Shown piece by piece: positions 1-16,003 of a stretch of 64,000 bases of DNA. Every line of letters begins with the position of its first letter. The stretch's first letter is position 1. The DNA lies in assembly GCF_009914755.1 (NCBI RefSeq), contig NC_060926.1; one strand, 5' to 3'. Below the pieces are notes generated by a model. The model was not told where the DNA came from, ran no database searches, and saw nothing but the letters and a program-made list of their open reading frames with translations. The stretch is from the human T2T-CHM13v2.0 reference genome, Homo sapiens. Made by a program: the position numbers and the translations under genes.

Positions 1-605
1 TCTGCAAACAGGGAAATTTTAACTTCTTCCTTTCTAATTTGAGTGCTTTCTATTTCTTCCTCTTGTCTAATTGCTCTGGCTAAATTCTTCAGCAGTATAT
101 TAGATAGAAGTAGCAATATTGGACATCTTGTATTGTTCCTGATTTTGAGGAAAAGTTTCAAATTTTCCCTGTTAAGTATGTTAGCTGTGGGATTGTGATA
201 CATAGCTTTTATTGTGTTGAGGAACATTCCTTCTATGCCTAGTTTGAGAGTTTTTAATCATGAAAGAATGTTAAATTTTATAAAATGCTTTTTCTGTATC
301 TATTGAAATTATCATATGGTTTTTATTCTTTATTCTGTTAATGTGATGTGTCACATTTATTGATTTGTGTATGTTATATCCTTCTGGCAGCCCTAAAATG
401 AATCCCTATCTGTCTTGGTGAATGATCTTTTTAATGTGCTGTTGAATTTTGTTTGCTAGTATTTTGTTAATAATTTTTGCACCTATGTTTATCAGTGATA
501 CTGGCCTGCAATTTTCTTTTTCTGTAGTGTCTTTGTCTGGCTTTGGTATCAAGGTGATGCTGCTCTTGTAAAATGAGTTTGGAAGTATTTCCTCCTGTTT
601 AATTC
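1..605 (-). mobile_element. Old L1 (L1M-type) ORF2 RT-region fragment, antisense
   Basis: Reverse complement of the L1 ORF2 region around FADD/GCPLSP (tctgcaaacagggaaa..., ggacatcttgtattgttcctgat); heavily decayed. Confidence 0.8.
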
Positions 606-970
606 TAGTCTTAGAAGTTCAAAAAAGGAAAAAAACTAAAGGAGTACAAAGCTTATTTAAGGAAATAGTAGCATAAACCTTTCTAAACCTAGTGAAAGAT
701 GTCAATAACTAAGTAAACAAAGGTCAAGGTCTCCAATCATATTAAATTCAAATAAAACAACCCCAGGACATATTATAATCAAACTGTCAACAATCAAAGA
801 GAGGATGCTGAAAGCAGCAAGGGAACAGAAGCAAATACCATATAAGGAAGTTCTAATACAGCTAATAGCAGACTTCTTAGCAGAAACCTTACAGGCCGGG
901 AAAGAGAGATGATATGTACAACGGGCTGAAGGAAAAAAATTTCCAACTATGAACGTTGTATCCATCAAGG
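606..970 (+). mobile_element. Old L1 ORF1 second-half fragment, inverted relative to its neighbours
   Basis: ORF1-like motifs: TPxHIIIKL (accccaggacatattataatcaaactg), LKAARE, ADFLAETLQA (gcagacttcttagcagaaaccttacaggcc). Confidence 0.75.
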
Positions 971-974
971 CTAT

Positions 975-2195
975 TTTTGATGCTGTGTCATAAATATTAT
1001 AAGCTTTTCTTATTCCTTTTCATTATTTTATCTTTTTTTTCCTTTGACTGTATTTTCAAATAACCAGTCTTCAAATTCACAGATTGGTTCTGCTTGATTA
1101 ATTCTGCTGTTGATGCTGTCTATTTCATTTCCATTTCATTAACTGTACTTTTCAGTTCAAGGATTTCTGTTGCATATTATAATTATTGTCAAGTTTCCTT
1201 AAAACGATTATTTTGAATTATTTTTCAGAGAGTTAATATATCTCTATTTCTTTAGGGTCAATCGCTGGAAATTTTTTTGTCCTTTTGGTGATGTCACGTT
1301 TCTGTAATTGTTCTTGATCCTTGTAGCTGTGTATTGATATCTGTGCATTTGAAAAAGTAGCTATTTATTCAAATCTTTACAGTTTGGCTTTGCATTGGAA
1401 AGTCATGTGGCAGGAGCAATGATGGGGTGTGCCAGAAGCCCACGGTACTTGCAGCCAGCATGGGACTGGAGCGCTCGAGAAGCCTGGGCTCCACTATGGT
1501 CAGTTCAGTGCTAGGGAATTCCAGATGCCCAGAGTCAATGTTACCAACATGGCATTGGGGCATGCCAGAGACGTGGGGCCTACTGCAGCAGGCACAGCTC
1601 TGAGGCACACCTGAGCCTCAATAGATGCAATCAGCATGGCACTGTGGTATGCTAGAAGTCTGGAATACATGGGACAGTGTTGCTAGAAGGTCAGGGCCTG
1701 TGGCAGCTGGCTGGTACTGGGATGTGCCAGAAGCCTGAGGCTCCTGAGAGTTGCCTGCCACTGAGGACTGTCCAGAGCCCAGGATCTCTGAAGTCAGGCT
1801 GGCAGTGGTGAAAGATAGAGATTGAGTCTACCACGCAAACCTAAAACCTTGAGCTGTGTGGTACCATCTGGTACTGAGGTGGGTCTAGAGGATTAGTCTG
1901 TGAATTGCAGCCTGGATTCTGCAGTTGTGGGGTCTGCCTGGTGCTGAGTTTTACTGTGGTGGACTCAGTGTTGGGATCCAGCGGAAAATCCTGTGCTTAC
2001 TTTCCTCTCTTCCTGCCAAGTGGAGAGTATGTCTTTTCATGCTCTGCTGCCTGGAATTGGAAAAGAGGTGATTTGGATAATGTAAAACTGTCCTTCCTAT
2101 CCTCTTCAACGTATCTTTTATTATTATTGTGCTACAACCAGACACTGTGATCTTTCATCTGGTTTTCTTAGATGTTGTAAAGATATTGTGTGCAT
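975..2195 (-). mobile_element. Old L1 ORF1 N-terminal half and 5'UTR, antisense
   Basis: Antisense coiled-coil ORF1 sequence (tctgcttgattaattctgctgttgatg) followed by a GC-richer 5'UTR-like region. Confidence 0.6.
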
Positions 2196-2196
2196 G

Positions 2197-2510
2197 GACC
2201 AGGTATGGTGGCTCATGCCTGTAATCCCATTTTGGGAGGCCAAGGCAGGAGGATTGTTTGAGCTCAACAGTTTGAGACCAGCCTGGGCAATATACTGGAC
2301 CTCACCTCTACAAAAAAAAAAAAAAAAAAATTAATTAGCTAAGTTTGGTGGCACGCACCTGTAGTCCCAGCTATTCCAGAGGCTGAGGTGGGAGTATCGC
2401 TTGAGCCTGGGGAGGCAGAGGTTGCAATGAGCCATGATCATGCCACTGCAGTCCAGCCTGGGTGACAGAGCGAGACTCTGTCTCAAAAAACAAAAACAAA
2501 AACAAAAAAA
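2197..2510 (+). mobile_element. AluJ-type SINE
   Basis: Dimeric Alu with A-rich linker, J-type diagnostics (ggaggattg..tgagc, gagccatgatcatgcc) and (CAAAAA)n tail. Confidence 0.9.
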
Positions 2511-5500
2511 CCAGCAACTATGGTTGCTAACAGAATAATTCAGTTTACTGTCCAAGAAAATAAATATATCCCACTTGGATGCCAGGTAATGTAAACTGGT
2601 TAAAACTTCCCTAACACAAAATATGCTGAATATTTCATCTCTACCTTTTAATTAAGGCAACATTAAAATATTAGTTTTCTGACTTAAGATAGCTACAGTT
2701 ACAGAAATAAAATACAGTTGGGATATACTTTTCACTTATTTAAGCTAACCTAACTTCTGATCAAGTATATATTACAGAGAGCATATGGAAGATTCCACTG
2801 GAAAGCAGTCCAACTTCTGTATAAATCCTCAAAATAAATTTTCTAGAATTTATTTTATATCATTGAAAATTTTTATTTATATGGAAATATTTTCATTAAA
2901 TCTAAACCCTGAAAGCAAATGTTTTTATACATTTACAAAAGATTTGGTTTTTAGAATATCTTTCAAGTGAAAGATATTCATCTGAAAGAATTGCCATTGT
3001 AGACAACCTATCCACTCTTCTCTTTCCTGTTCTTTGCTCTGGAAGGCCAACATTTGTGAGCAATACTGAGCTCCCTTGCACTGTGGCTTCCAGTTGGGTT
3101 TGATTAATAAAGATCGCTAACATGAGATCAAAAGAAATAAAGTGAGATTATGGTATTTATACCACAGATTTTCTGATCTCTCAACCAGAAGTCACATCTC
3201 ATGTCAGGCAGCCCTCTCCCCCAGACTTCTATGTCTCTGGATGCCAGGTATATTTTTTTTTCTCATGTCAACTTCTCACCTGGGTGATAATCTCGGCTCC
3301 AGATACTGTTACCTCCCTTTCCCCTTCTTGTGTGGTGTGGTAATAGCTGTTAATTAGTTCTGGAGCATTACAGTATCACTTGTAGTTTCCCCACACCTTA
3401 CCCACAGTAAACACCCTCTTTATTAAAATAGTATCTAATTACTCAATTAGTATGCATTCTCATTACACTCAAAACATTCAGCTGAAGTTTTCTTCCAGGA
3501 CTTTGACTGCTAACTTTACCTAAAAATCTTGTAATTATGTCACAAATATATGCTTTGATTTATTCTAGAAAATAGGGTTTACACTTAACACAGTATTTGG
3601 CTTTTGTTCATTATTAGTGCTTCAGTGTTTTCTGTTGCCACCTTTCTTCCCTTCAGTTCTATCAAAATGTCTAATGCCTGGTCCCGTCCCTCTATTGCTT
3701 TACATGCTTACAAGTAAAAGCTACTGAATCGTGTTAATGTGATAGTTGGTTGGCTCATGTATTTTCAGGTTGACAGGCCTTTTCTGGAAGTAATGCCTTA
3801 ATTCAAAGAATTATAGTAGATTTCTGAGAAAGTTACCCCAAATTTTATGAAAACATATTTACTTGGGCAAGATGGTCAAATAGAAGCATCTAGCAATTCT
3901 CCCCACTTCAGGAACACTAAATTGAAAAACTACACAAAAAAGAACCTTCATAACAACCAAAAATCAGGTGAGCAAACGCAGTACTTGGTTTTAACATCAT
4001 ATTAAGGAAAGAGGCGTTGAGGAGGGTAGAAAAGACAGTCTTGAATAATGTACACCACTCTTCCCTCATCCCCTGGTAGCAGCCACCTGGCACAAAGAGA
4101 GAATCTGTGTACTAGAGAGAGGGAGAGTGCAGTGACTGTGGGACTCAGTGCTGCCTTGTAGCAGTGGAAAGCAATATGGGGCAGAACTCAGCTTGCACCC
4201 ACAGAAGGAGCATTTAGACCAGCCCTAGCCAGAGGCAAATCATCCAGCCCAGTAGTCAGAACCTGAGTTCCAGCAAGTCCTGCCACCACAGGCTAAAGTG
4301 CTCTGAGGCCCTCAATAAACCTGAAAAGCAGTCTAGGCCACAAGGACTGCAATTCCTAGGCAAGCTTTGGTGCTGTGCTATAGTCGGAGCCAGTGGAGTT
4401 GGGGTGCATGCAACCTAGTGAGATACCAGCCAAGATGACCAAGGGAGTACTGGTGTTACCTCTTCCCCAACCCCAGGCAGCATAGCTCATAGCTTCAGGA
4501 GAGGTCTCTTCCTTCCACTTGAGGAGAGGAGAGGAAAGAATAAAGAGGACTTTGTCTTGAAACTGGGATACCAGCTCAGCCACAGTATAATAAGACACTA
4601 GGCAGAGTCCAAAGGCCCTGTTCCAGGCCCCAGCTTCTGAAACTGAATAATATTTCTAAACACATCCTGGGCCAGAACAGAACCCACTGCCTTGAAGGGA
4701 AAAAAACAGTACTAGCAGAATTTATTGCCTCCTGACCAAGGAGCCCTTGGGTTCTGAATAATCAGCAGTGGTAGCCAGGCAGTACTCACTATGGGATTTG
4801 GGTGAAACTCAGAGCCCTGCTGACTTCGGATATGACCCAGCAAGTTCCCAACTATGTTGGCTGCCTGGAGAGATCCATTCTGCTTGAAGAAAGGAGAGGG
4901 AGGAGTAAAAGAGACTTTGTCTTGCAGCTTGGATGCCAGCATGACCACGGTGGAGTAGAGCACCAAGCAAGCTACTGAGATCCCCAGTTCTAGGCCTTTT
5001 TTCTTGGATGGCATTTCTGGAACTTCCCTGGCCCAGAGGGGAGCTCACTGCCATGAAAGGAGAGACTTGGGAATGACAATATTCATCACAAGCTGACTGA
5101 AGAGTCCTTGGGCCTTGAGTGAACATCAGTGGTAGCCAGGCAGTACTTGCCAGGTGGTGGTGACGAAGGAGGGAGACTCCTCCCTTGACCGAAGGGGAAG
5201 AAAGAATGAGGAGGATTTTGTCTTGAGGTTTGGGTACCAGCTCAGGCTCAGTAAGATAGAGCACCATGTAGATTCCTGTGGTTTTCAATTCCAGGCACTG
5301 GCTCCCAGATGGCATTTCTGGACCCATACAGAGCTGGGGAGGGAAGGACACAAGCCTGCCTAGATTTGCCACCTGCTGAATGAAGAGCCCTTGGGCCTGG
5401 TGTGAACATAGGTGGTAGCCAAGCAGTGGTCACCATGGGTGTTAGCAAGACCTAGTGCTATGCTGACGTTAAATCTAACCCAGTGCAGTCCCAGTAGTGG

Positions 5501-6152
5501 TGGCCACAGGGATGCTTGCATCATCTGTACCCCAACTCCAGCCAGGTCAGCAGGGAAAGAGAGGCTCCATTTGTTTAGGAAAAGTAAAAGAACAAAGGTC
5601 TCCGTCTGATAACCCAAGAAATTATTTTGGATCTTATCCAAGACCACCAAGATGGCACCTCTATAAGTCTGAAAAGTCCACAGTGCTACTGGGCTTGGGG
5701 TAACCCCTAAAGCAGATATGACTTCAGTGACAAAAGAATCAGATTACACACCCAACTCACTTTAAGTATCTGGAAAGCCTTCCCAAGAAGGACAAATACA
5801 AAGAAGCCCAGACTGTGAAGATTACAATAAATATTTAACTCTTCCATGCGCAGCAGCTGATGAATATTCATAAGCATTAAGACTTTCCAGGAAAACATGA
5901 TCCCACCAAACAAACTAAATAAGGCAACAGTGACTAATCCCAGAGAGACAGAGCTATGTGACCTTTCAGACAGAGAATTAAAAATAGCTATTTTAAGGAA
6001 GCTCAGCAAAATCCAAGATGACACAGAGAATGAATTTAGAATCCTATCAGATAAATTTAACAAACAGATTGAAATTATTAGAAGCAATCAAGCAGAAATT
6101 CTGGGGCTGAAAAAATGTAATTGATGTACTGAAGAATGCATCAGAGACTCTT

Positions 6153-7155
<1,003 letters not shown>

Positions 7156-9347
7156 CTATTTGAAATATCCACTCAGAGATAATAAAAGAAAAAGCATGAA
7201 GCATGCCTACAAGATCTAGAAAATAGCCTCAAAAGGGCAAATCTAAGAGTTATTGGCCAGTAGAGAGAGAGATAGCAGAGTAGAAAGTTTATTCAAAGGG
7301 ATAATCACAGAGAACTTCCCAAACCTAGAGAAAGACATCAATATTCAAGAACAAGAAAGTTATATAAAAACAAGCAGATTTAAACCTTATTAAATAAGAC
7401 TACCTCAAGACATTTAGTAATCAAACTTCAAAAGGTTGAGAATACAGAAAGGATCCTAAAAGAAGCAAGAGAATAAAAACAAATAACATGCCAAGAACCT
7501 TCTATATGACTGGCAGCAAATTTCTCAGTGAAAACCTTAAGGGCCAGGAGAGAGTGGCATGACATAGCTAAAGCACTGAAGGAAAAAGTATTTTATCCTA
7601 GAATAGTATATCCAGTGAAAATATCCTTTAAAAATGTGGGAGAAATAAAGACTTCTCCAGACAAACTAAAATAAGGGATTTCATCAATACCAGATCTGTC
7701 CTATAAGAAATGCTGAAAGAAGTTCTTCAGTCTGAAATAAAAGGATGTTAATGAATTAGAAATCATTTGAAGGTGAAAAACTCACTAATAATAGGAAGTA
7801 CACAGAAAGAGAACAAAAAAACACTGCAATTTTGGTGTGTTAACTACTCATATCTTGAGTAGAAAGATAAAAAAGATGAACCAATCAGAAATAACCACAA
7901 CTTCTTAAGACATAGACAGTACAATAAAATTTAAATGCAAACAACAAAAAGTTTAAAAGCTGGGGGATGAAGTCAAAGTGTACAGTTTTTATTAGTTTTC
8001 TTTCTGAGTGTTTGTTTATGCAGTTAGTGATAAGTTATCATCAGTTTAAAATAATGGGTTATAAGATATTATTTGCAAGCCTCGTGGAAACCTCAAATCA
8101 AAAACTACAACAGTTACAAAATAAATAAATAAATAAAAGGCAAGAAGTTAAAACATACCACCAGAGAAAATCACCTTTGCTGAAAGGAAGACAGAAAGAA
8201 AGTGAAGATCACAAAACAACCAGAAAACAAATAACAAAATGGCAGGAGTATGTTTTTACTTATTAAAAATAAGATTTAATGTAAATGAACTAAACTCTCC
8301 CGTCAAAAGACATAGAGTGGATGAGTGAATAAAAAAAAAAAAAGACCAAATGATCTGTTGCATGCAAGAAACACACTTCACTTACAAAGACAAACATAGC
8401 CTGAAAATAAATGGATGAAAAAAATATTCTATGAAAATGCAAACTAAAAAAGAGCAGGAGTAGCTATATTTATATCAGAAAAAATAGATTTCAGGACAAA
8501 ATTTATAAAAAGAGACAAAGAAAGACATTACATGATTATAAAGGGGTCAATTCAGCAAGAGAGTGTAACAATTGTAAATATGTATGCACCCAACACTGGA
8601 GCACACAGGCATATAAAGCAAATATTATTAGAACTAAAGAGAGAGATAAATCTCAATACAATAATAGATGAAGACTTCGACACTCCTCTTTCAGCATTGG
8701 AGATCATACAGACAACAAATCAACAAAGAAACATTAGACTTAATATGCACTATAGACCAAATGGATATAATAGATATGTATAGTATATTTCATCCAACTC
8801 ATGCAGAATATACATTCTTTTCCTTGGCATGAATATCTGGATAATTCTCAAGTATAGACCATAGCTATTTTTAATTATCTGTTTGAGTTTTAATACACAA
8901 CAAAACAAGTAGTAAAAAATTCAAAAAAATTGAAATCAAATCAAGTACCTTCTCTGAACACAGTGGAGTAAAACTAGAAATCATCACCAAGAGGAACTCT
9001 GGAAACTATGCAAACATGGAAATTGAACAATATGCTCCTGAATGACCAGTAGGTCAATAAAGAAATTAAGGAAATTTAAAAATTTCTAGAAACAAATGAA
9101 AATTGAAACACAACAAAACAAAATCTATGAAATACAGTGAAAGGAATACTAAATGGAGATCTTATAGCAATAAGTAGCTACATGAAAAAGGTAGAAAAAC
9201 ATCAAATAAACAACTATGCATCTTAAAGAACTAAAAAAGCAACAGCAAACCAAATTCAAATTTAGTAGAAGAAAAGAAATAATAAAGATCAGGGCAGAAA
9301 TAAATGAAATTGAAATAAAAACAACAATACAAAAGATAAATGAATTA

Positions 9348-9703
9348 TGTTTTAGTCTGTTCTCATGTTGCTAATAAAGACGGACCTGAGACTGGGTAAT
9401 ATATAAAGGAAAGAGGCTTAATCAGCTCACAGTTACACATGCCTGGAGAGGCCTCACAATGATAGCAGAAAGTGAATGAGGAGCAAAGTCATGTCTTGCA
9501 TGGCAGCAGGCAAGAGTCCTTGCGGAGGGGAACTCCCATTTATAAATCCATCAAATCTCATGAGACTTATTCACTACCACAAGAACAGTATGGGGGAAAT
9601 TGCCCCCATGATTCAATTATCTCCACCTGGCCCCACCCTTGACACGTGGGGATTATTACAATTCAAGGCAAGATTTGGGTGGGAACACAGCCAAATCATA
9701 CCA
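9348..9703 (-). mobile_element. THE1C-like MaLR solo LTR inside L1MA3 ORF2
   Basis: tgttttagtctgttctc ... ccaaatcatacca termini; 5-bp TSD AATTA (9343-9347, 9704-9708). Confidence 0.88.
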
Positions 9704-12700
9704 AATTAAAAAGTTGGTTTTTGGAAAAGACAAATAATATTGACAAACCTTTAACCAATTAATTAAAAAAGAGAGAAGACGCAAATAAATGAAATCAGAG
9801 ATGAAAAAGGAGACATTACAATTAACACAGCAGAAACTTAAAGGACCATTAGAGAATACTGTGACCAATGATATGCCAATAAATAGAAAAACCTAAAATA
9901 AATGGATAAATTCCTAGATATGTAAAATGTAACAAGATTGAACCACAAAAAAATCCGAAACCTGAACAGACTAATAACAAGTTGTGAGATCAAAGCCATA
10001 ATAAGAATTATCCTAGAAAAGAAAGGCCCAGGACTCAATGACTTTACTGCTGAATTCTACCAAACATTTTAAAAAGAACTAATGCCAATTCTACTCAAAT
10101 TATTTCAAAAAGTAGAGGAGGAGGGAATACGTCCAAACTCAGTCCACAAGGCCAGAATTACTGAATCCAAAACCAGACAAAGCCACATCAGGAAAAGAAA
10201 ACTACAGGCCAAAATTCCTGATGATTATTGATGTAAAAATCCTCAACAAAATACTAGAAAGCCAAATTCAACAACACATTAAAAAGCTCATTCATCATGA
10301 CCAAGTGGAGTTTTTCCCAGGGTTGCTAGGATGGTTTAACATACACAAATAAATCAATGTGATACATCATATGACAGAATAAAGGACAAAAATTATATGA
10401 TCATTTCAATTGATGCTGAAAGCCTTTGAAAAAATTCAACACCCTTTCATGATAAAAACCCTAAAATAACTGGGAATAGACGGAACATATCTCAACACAA
10501 TAAAAGCCATATACAACAGACCCACAACTGGCATCATTGAATGGGGAACAACTGAGAGCCTTTCCTGTAAGACCTGGAACACAACAAGGATGCCCACTTT
10601 CACCATTGTTATTCAACATCATACTAGCTAGAGCAATCAGACAAGAAAGGGAAATAAAGCATATCCAAATTGGAAAGGAAGAAGTCAACTTATTCTTAAT
10701 TGCAGATGATATGATCTTATATTTGGAAAAACCTAAAGATGCCACCATAAAACTATTAGAACTGGTAAATTCAGTAAAGTTTCAGGATACAAAATCAACA
10801 TAAAAAAATGGTAACATTTCTATAAACCAACAGCAAACAATCTGAAAAATAAAGTAAAAAAGTAATCCCATTTACAATAGCTGTAAATGAAATAAAATAC
10901 TCAGGAATAAATTTAACCAAAGAAGTAAAAGATCTGCATAATAAATACTGTAAAACATCGTGTTCATGAATTAGAAGAATCACTATTGTTAAAATGTCCA
11001 TACTACTAAAATCAATCTACAGATTCCATGCAATCCCTGTCAAAATAATAATGACATTCTTCACAGAAGTAGAAAAAACAATTCTAAAATTTATACGGAA
11101 ACACAAAAGACCCAGAATAGCTGTAGCTATCCTGAGCAAAAGGAACAAAACTGAAAGAATCACATTACCTGACTTCAAATTATACTACAAAACTATAGTA
11201 ACCAAAACATCATGGCATTGTTGTAAAAACAGACACATAGATGAATGAAACAGAATAGAGACCTAGAAATAAATCCATACATGTGCAGTGAACTCATTTT
11301 TGACAAAGATGCCAAGAACATAGGTATTGGAAAGGGACGGTACAGTCTTCAATACATGGTGCTGGGAAAACTACATGTCTATATTCAGAAGAATGAAACT
11401 AAACTCCTATTTCTTTCCATATACAAAAATCAAATCAAAGTGGATTAAAGACTTAAACCTAAGACCTCAAACTGTAAAACTACTATAAGGAAACTTTAAG
11501 GAAACTCTCCAGGACATCGGATTGGGGAATGATTTCTTGAGTAGTACCTCACAAGCACAGCCAACCAAAGCAAAAATGGACAAATGGGATCACATCAAGT
11601 TAAAAAATTTCTTCTCAGTAAAAGAAACAATCAACAAAGTGACATCCCACAGAGTGGGAGAAAATACTTGCAAACTACCTATCTGACAAGGGATTAAAAA
11701 CCAGAATATACAAGGAGCTCAAACAATTCTATAGGAAAAACTCTAATAATCTGATTTTAAAATGAGCAAAATATCTGAATAGACAATTTTCAAAAGAAGA
11801 CAAATGGCAAACAGGTATATGAAAAGGTTCTCAACATTGTTGATCATCAAAGAAATGCAAATCAAAATTACTGTGAGATACCATCTTACCCCAGTTAAAA
11901 TGGCTTTTATCCAAAAGACAGGTGATGATTAATGCTGGTGAGGACATGGAGAAAAGGGAACTCTCATACACTGTTTGTGGGAACTAAAATTAGTGCAACC
12001 ACCATGGAGAACATTTTGAGAGTTCCTCAAAAAAGTTAAAATATAACTACCACACTTGTCAGTAATCCTACTACTGGGTATTTATCCAAAGGAAAAGAAA
12101 TCTGTATATCAAAAGGATGCCTGCACTGCCACGTTTGTTGCAGCACTGTTCACAATAGCCAAGATTTGGAAGCAACCTAAGTGTCCATTAATGGACAAAT
12201 GGATAAAGAAAATGTGGTGTATATACACAATGGAGTACTATTCAGTCATAAAAACAAATGAGATCCTGTCATTTGCAGCAACATGGGTGGAACTGGACAT
12301 TATGTTAAGTGAAATAAGCTAGGCACAGAAAGACAAACTGTGCATATTCTCACTTATTGTGGGAGCTAAAAAATTTTAAACAATAGAATTCATGAAGATA
12401 GTTGAATGATGGTTACCAGAGGCTGGGAATCATAGTTGTGGTTGGAAGTCAGAGTGGAGATAGTTCATGGGTACAAAAATATAGTCAGATAGAATGAATA
12501 AAATCTAGTATTTGATAACACAATGGGGTGACTAGAGTCAACAATAATTTATTGTACATTTTTAAATAACTGAAACTGTATAGATTGTTACACAATGAAA
12601 AGATAAATTCTTGAGGTATGTGTATCCCTTTTACCCCGGTGTGATTATTACTCATTTTATGCTCATATTATATTATCACATGTACCCCATAAATACATAT

Positions 12701-13543
12701 ACCTACTATGTATACAAAAATATTTTTTAAACATACTTGTAGACCAAAGAAGCTCAATCAGTTACAAGATAATTAAATTCAAGGAAAAAGTACATCTGAA
12801 ACATGATGGTTGATATTCTGAGAACCATGTATAGAAAGAAAATCTTGAAAGCAGCCAGAGATAAACGTATGCTAAAACAGGAACAACAATATGAGTGACA
12901 ACTGACTTCTCAGAAATGATAAATGTCCAAAGACAAAGGAAGTAGGTTTTTAACATACTATAAGGAAATACTCTCATTTAGGAAATCCACATCCAGAGAA
13001 ATTCATCCTCAAAAATGAGAGTAAAACAAAGATAATTTCAGATAAACAAATGCTAAGGAAATTTGTTGTCAGCAAACCTGCACTAAAAACAAAATGCTAA
13101 AGGGCATTCTTCAGACTAAACAGACATGATAACAGATGGGAATTTATATTAACAGGAAGGAATAAGTCCCATAAATGATAAATAAATGAATAAATAAAAA
13201 AGACTATTTTTTCTCCTTCATGTAATTTTCTTAAAAGACAATGACAGTTTGAAATAAAATTAGTAACAGTGAAAGGTAGGATTTATAACACATGAAAAGT
13301 AAAATATGTGACAACAATAGCACAGATGATAGGAAAGGTAAGTGGAATTATATTGTTGTAAGATAATTATTTTTGTGAAGTTGTACATGGAAAGTGTGAA
13401 GTGACAGTTGCGAGATGGGATATGGTACTATATTGAGTCTAAACAGACCTTGATGAGTCAAGGATGCATATTGCTAACTTTTAGGACAACTGATAAATGT
13501 AATAAAAAGAAGACATCTAGGAAACCAATAGACAAATAAACTG

Positions 13544-13912
13544 GGGTTTTAGTCCACTGAGTCTGCTATAACAAAATACTATAAACTAGGTAGCTTATAA
13601 ACAAAAGAAATTTATTTCTGTAAAGTTCTAGAGGCTGCGAAGTCCAAGATCAAGACACTAGCAGACTCAATGTCAGGTGAGGACCTGTTTCCTGGTTCAC
13701 GAATGTAGCCTTCTAATTGTGACTTCACATGGTAGAAGGAATAAAGCAGCTCCCTGGGGCCTCATTTATAAGGGCAGTAATCCCATTCATGAGGTTTCTA
13801 CCCTCATGACCTAATTATCTCCCAAAAGACCCCAGCTTTTAACACCATCACCTTGGCAGTTATAATATCACTATATGTATTTTGGGAGCATAAAAACATT
13901 CAGACAATATCA
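13544..13912 (-). mobile_element. MLT1A-type MaLR LTR
   Basis: Characteristic ctgctataacaaaatac..., gaagtccaagatcaag, aatcccattcatgag, aacattcaga. Confidence 0.8.
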
Positions 13913-14079
13913 AGTGGAGTACTGAAAATATCATTTTAATAAAAAATAAAGCAGGAAATAAGCAACAGGGAAATAAAACTAAAGGTAAATGGAAAATGAA
14001 TTCAAAAGTAATAAACAAATCCAAACATAGAAATAATCACATTAAATGTAAATGGATTAACATTCCAATTAAAAAGCAG

Positions 14080-14405
14080 ACTAGATAAGAGGAATATCTA
14101 GTGTCCTATAGCACTATAGGTGACTATAATTAAAAATAACTTATTGAACATTTTCAAATGTATTTAATATTTGATATGGTCTATTATAGGGTGATTATAA
14201 TTAAAAATAATTTATTGAATATTTTCAAATAGTTGGAAGAGCAAATTCTTAATGTTCCCAACACAAAGATATTCTAAATGTTTGAGATGATAGATATGCT
14301 GATTACACTATTTGAGCATTACACGTTTTATCCGTATCAAAATATCATACTGTACCACATAAATTATGTAAACTGTGTCAATTGAAAATAATAATAAAAG
14401 CAAAT
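14080..14405 (+). mobile_element. L1MA 3'UTR fragment with internal ~45-bp duplication
   Basis: L1MA 3'-end motifs (aatgttcccaacacaaa, gatgatagatatgct); direct repeat at ~14115-14159 and ~14185-14230. Confidence 0.65.
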
Positions 14406-16003
14406 AAAAATATTACAGTGGAGATTTATGTATCTCCTATATATACCCTAACCATATACAACTGTATGATATATACATATGTGTATAAATCCTAATGCAT
14501 AACAAATTTTGTAAATACAATATTTTGTTTGAAAAAGAGTATATATTCTTTATTTTGAGGTATAGAATTCAATATATAATAGATTACACTTATTTTTAAT
14601 TTAAATGTTCTATGTATTTATTTCTTGTATATGTTATCTATTGATTTCTGAGTGGCATACTAGAATCTCCTATTACAATTATACACATCACAATTATTCC
14701 TTGAAAATAAAGAGTCTGTGCTTTGTTAAAAAAAGGTCAGAGACTATTAGACTTAATAAACAGGGTGATTTAACCGTATGTTTTTTGACAATAGATACAC
14801 TTTAAATATAAAGACACAAATAAGTTAAAGGAAAAAAAACACACCATGCAAAGAGTAAGCATAAGAAAGCTAATGTGTCAATATTAATATCAATACAAAG
14901 AGTATTATAAGACATAAAGATAAACAATTCATAATGATAAAAGAGGTAATTCACCAATAACATGTTAATTCTAACTTTTTGTGCACCTAGTAACAAAGCC
15001 TCAATGTTCATGAGGTAAAAACTAACAGAAGTAAAGAGAAATTGTGACTAACTCACAATTATATTTGGAGATTGAAATACCTCTCATTCAGTAATTGAAA
15101 GAAAAATATATAGATAAAATCAGTCAAAATATAGTTTGAAATGCGTTATCTAACAACTTGATCTAATTGACATTAAATAATTCCATATGCCAAAACTACA
15201 GAACACTTACTCTGAAAGCTGCAATTGAAAGAATACACACAAAGTACTTATCAAGATAGGCCGTGTGAAAAGTCATAAAATAAGTTTTAATGAAATTGAA
15301 AAGATTGGCTATATTCTATGGCTATAATAAATGGAATAGGAAATTAATAGCAATAAGAAATATAGAAATTCCCCAATACTTGGAAATTAATTAACACACT
15401 TCTAAATAACAAGGAGGTCAGAGAAAAAAATCACAAAAGAAACAAAAAATATTTCTAACTAAATGTTAATAAAAGTACAATATATCAAAATTTGTGGCAT
15501 TTAGCTGAAACAATGCTTGGATAAAAGTTATACTTTTAAATGACTATACTAGAAGAAAGAAAGCTTTTAAAACAGTGACATAAATTCCTACTTAAGAAGC
15601 CATAAAATGAAGAAGAAACAATGCAAAGTCAGTAAAAGGAAAGAAATAATACATACAAGAGCTGATACCAGTAAAAATAGAATATAGAAAACATTACAAA
15701 AAAACTAAAAAAAATGCTTTCTTTAAAAAGATTAATAAAAATCAATATACCTACACAAAACTAATTAAGAATTAAAAGAGAAAGAAATGCACAAATTACT
15801 AACATCAAGAATGATATGAAGGATATCACTGCAGGTCATAAAGACATTAGAAAGATAGTAAGGGACTACTATAAATAATTTTATGCCAATAAATTTGGAA
15901 ATTTAGATGAAATTGACAAGTTCTTGAAAAAATAGCACTAAAACAGATATAAGAACAAGTAGCAAATATGAATAGTTTGAAATCTACTAAAGAAATTGTA
16001 TCT

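Noticed and set aside
4356-5650. Cluster of 65-187 aa ORFs
   Set aside because: Chance frames in a GC-richer L1 5'UTR; their mutual similarity reflects the internal repeats.
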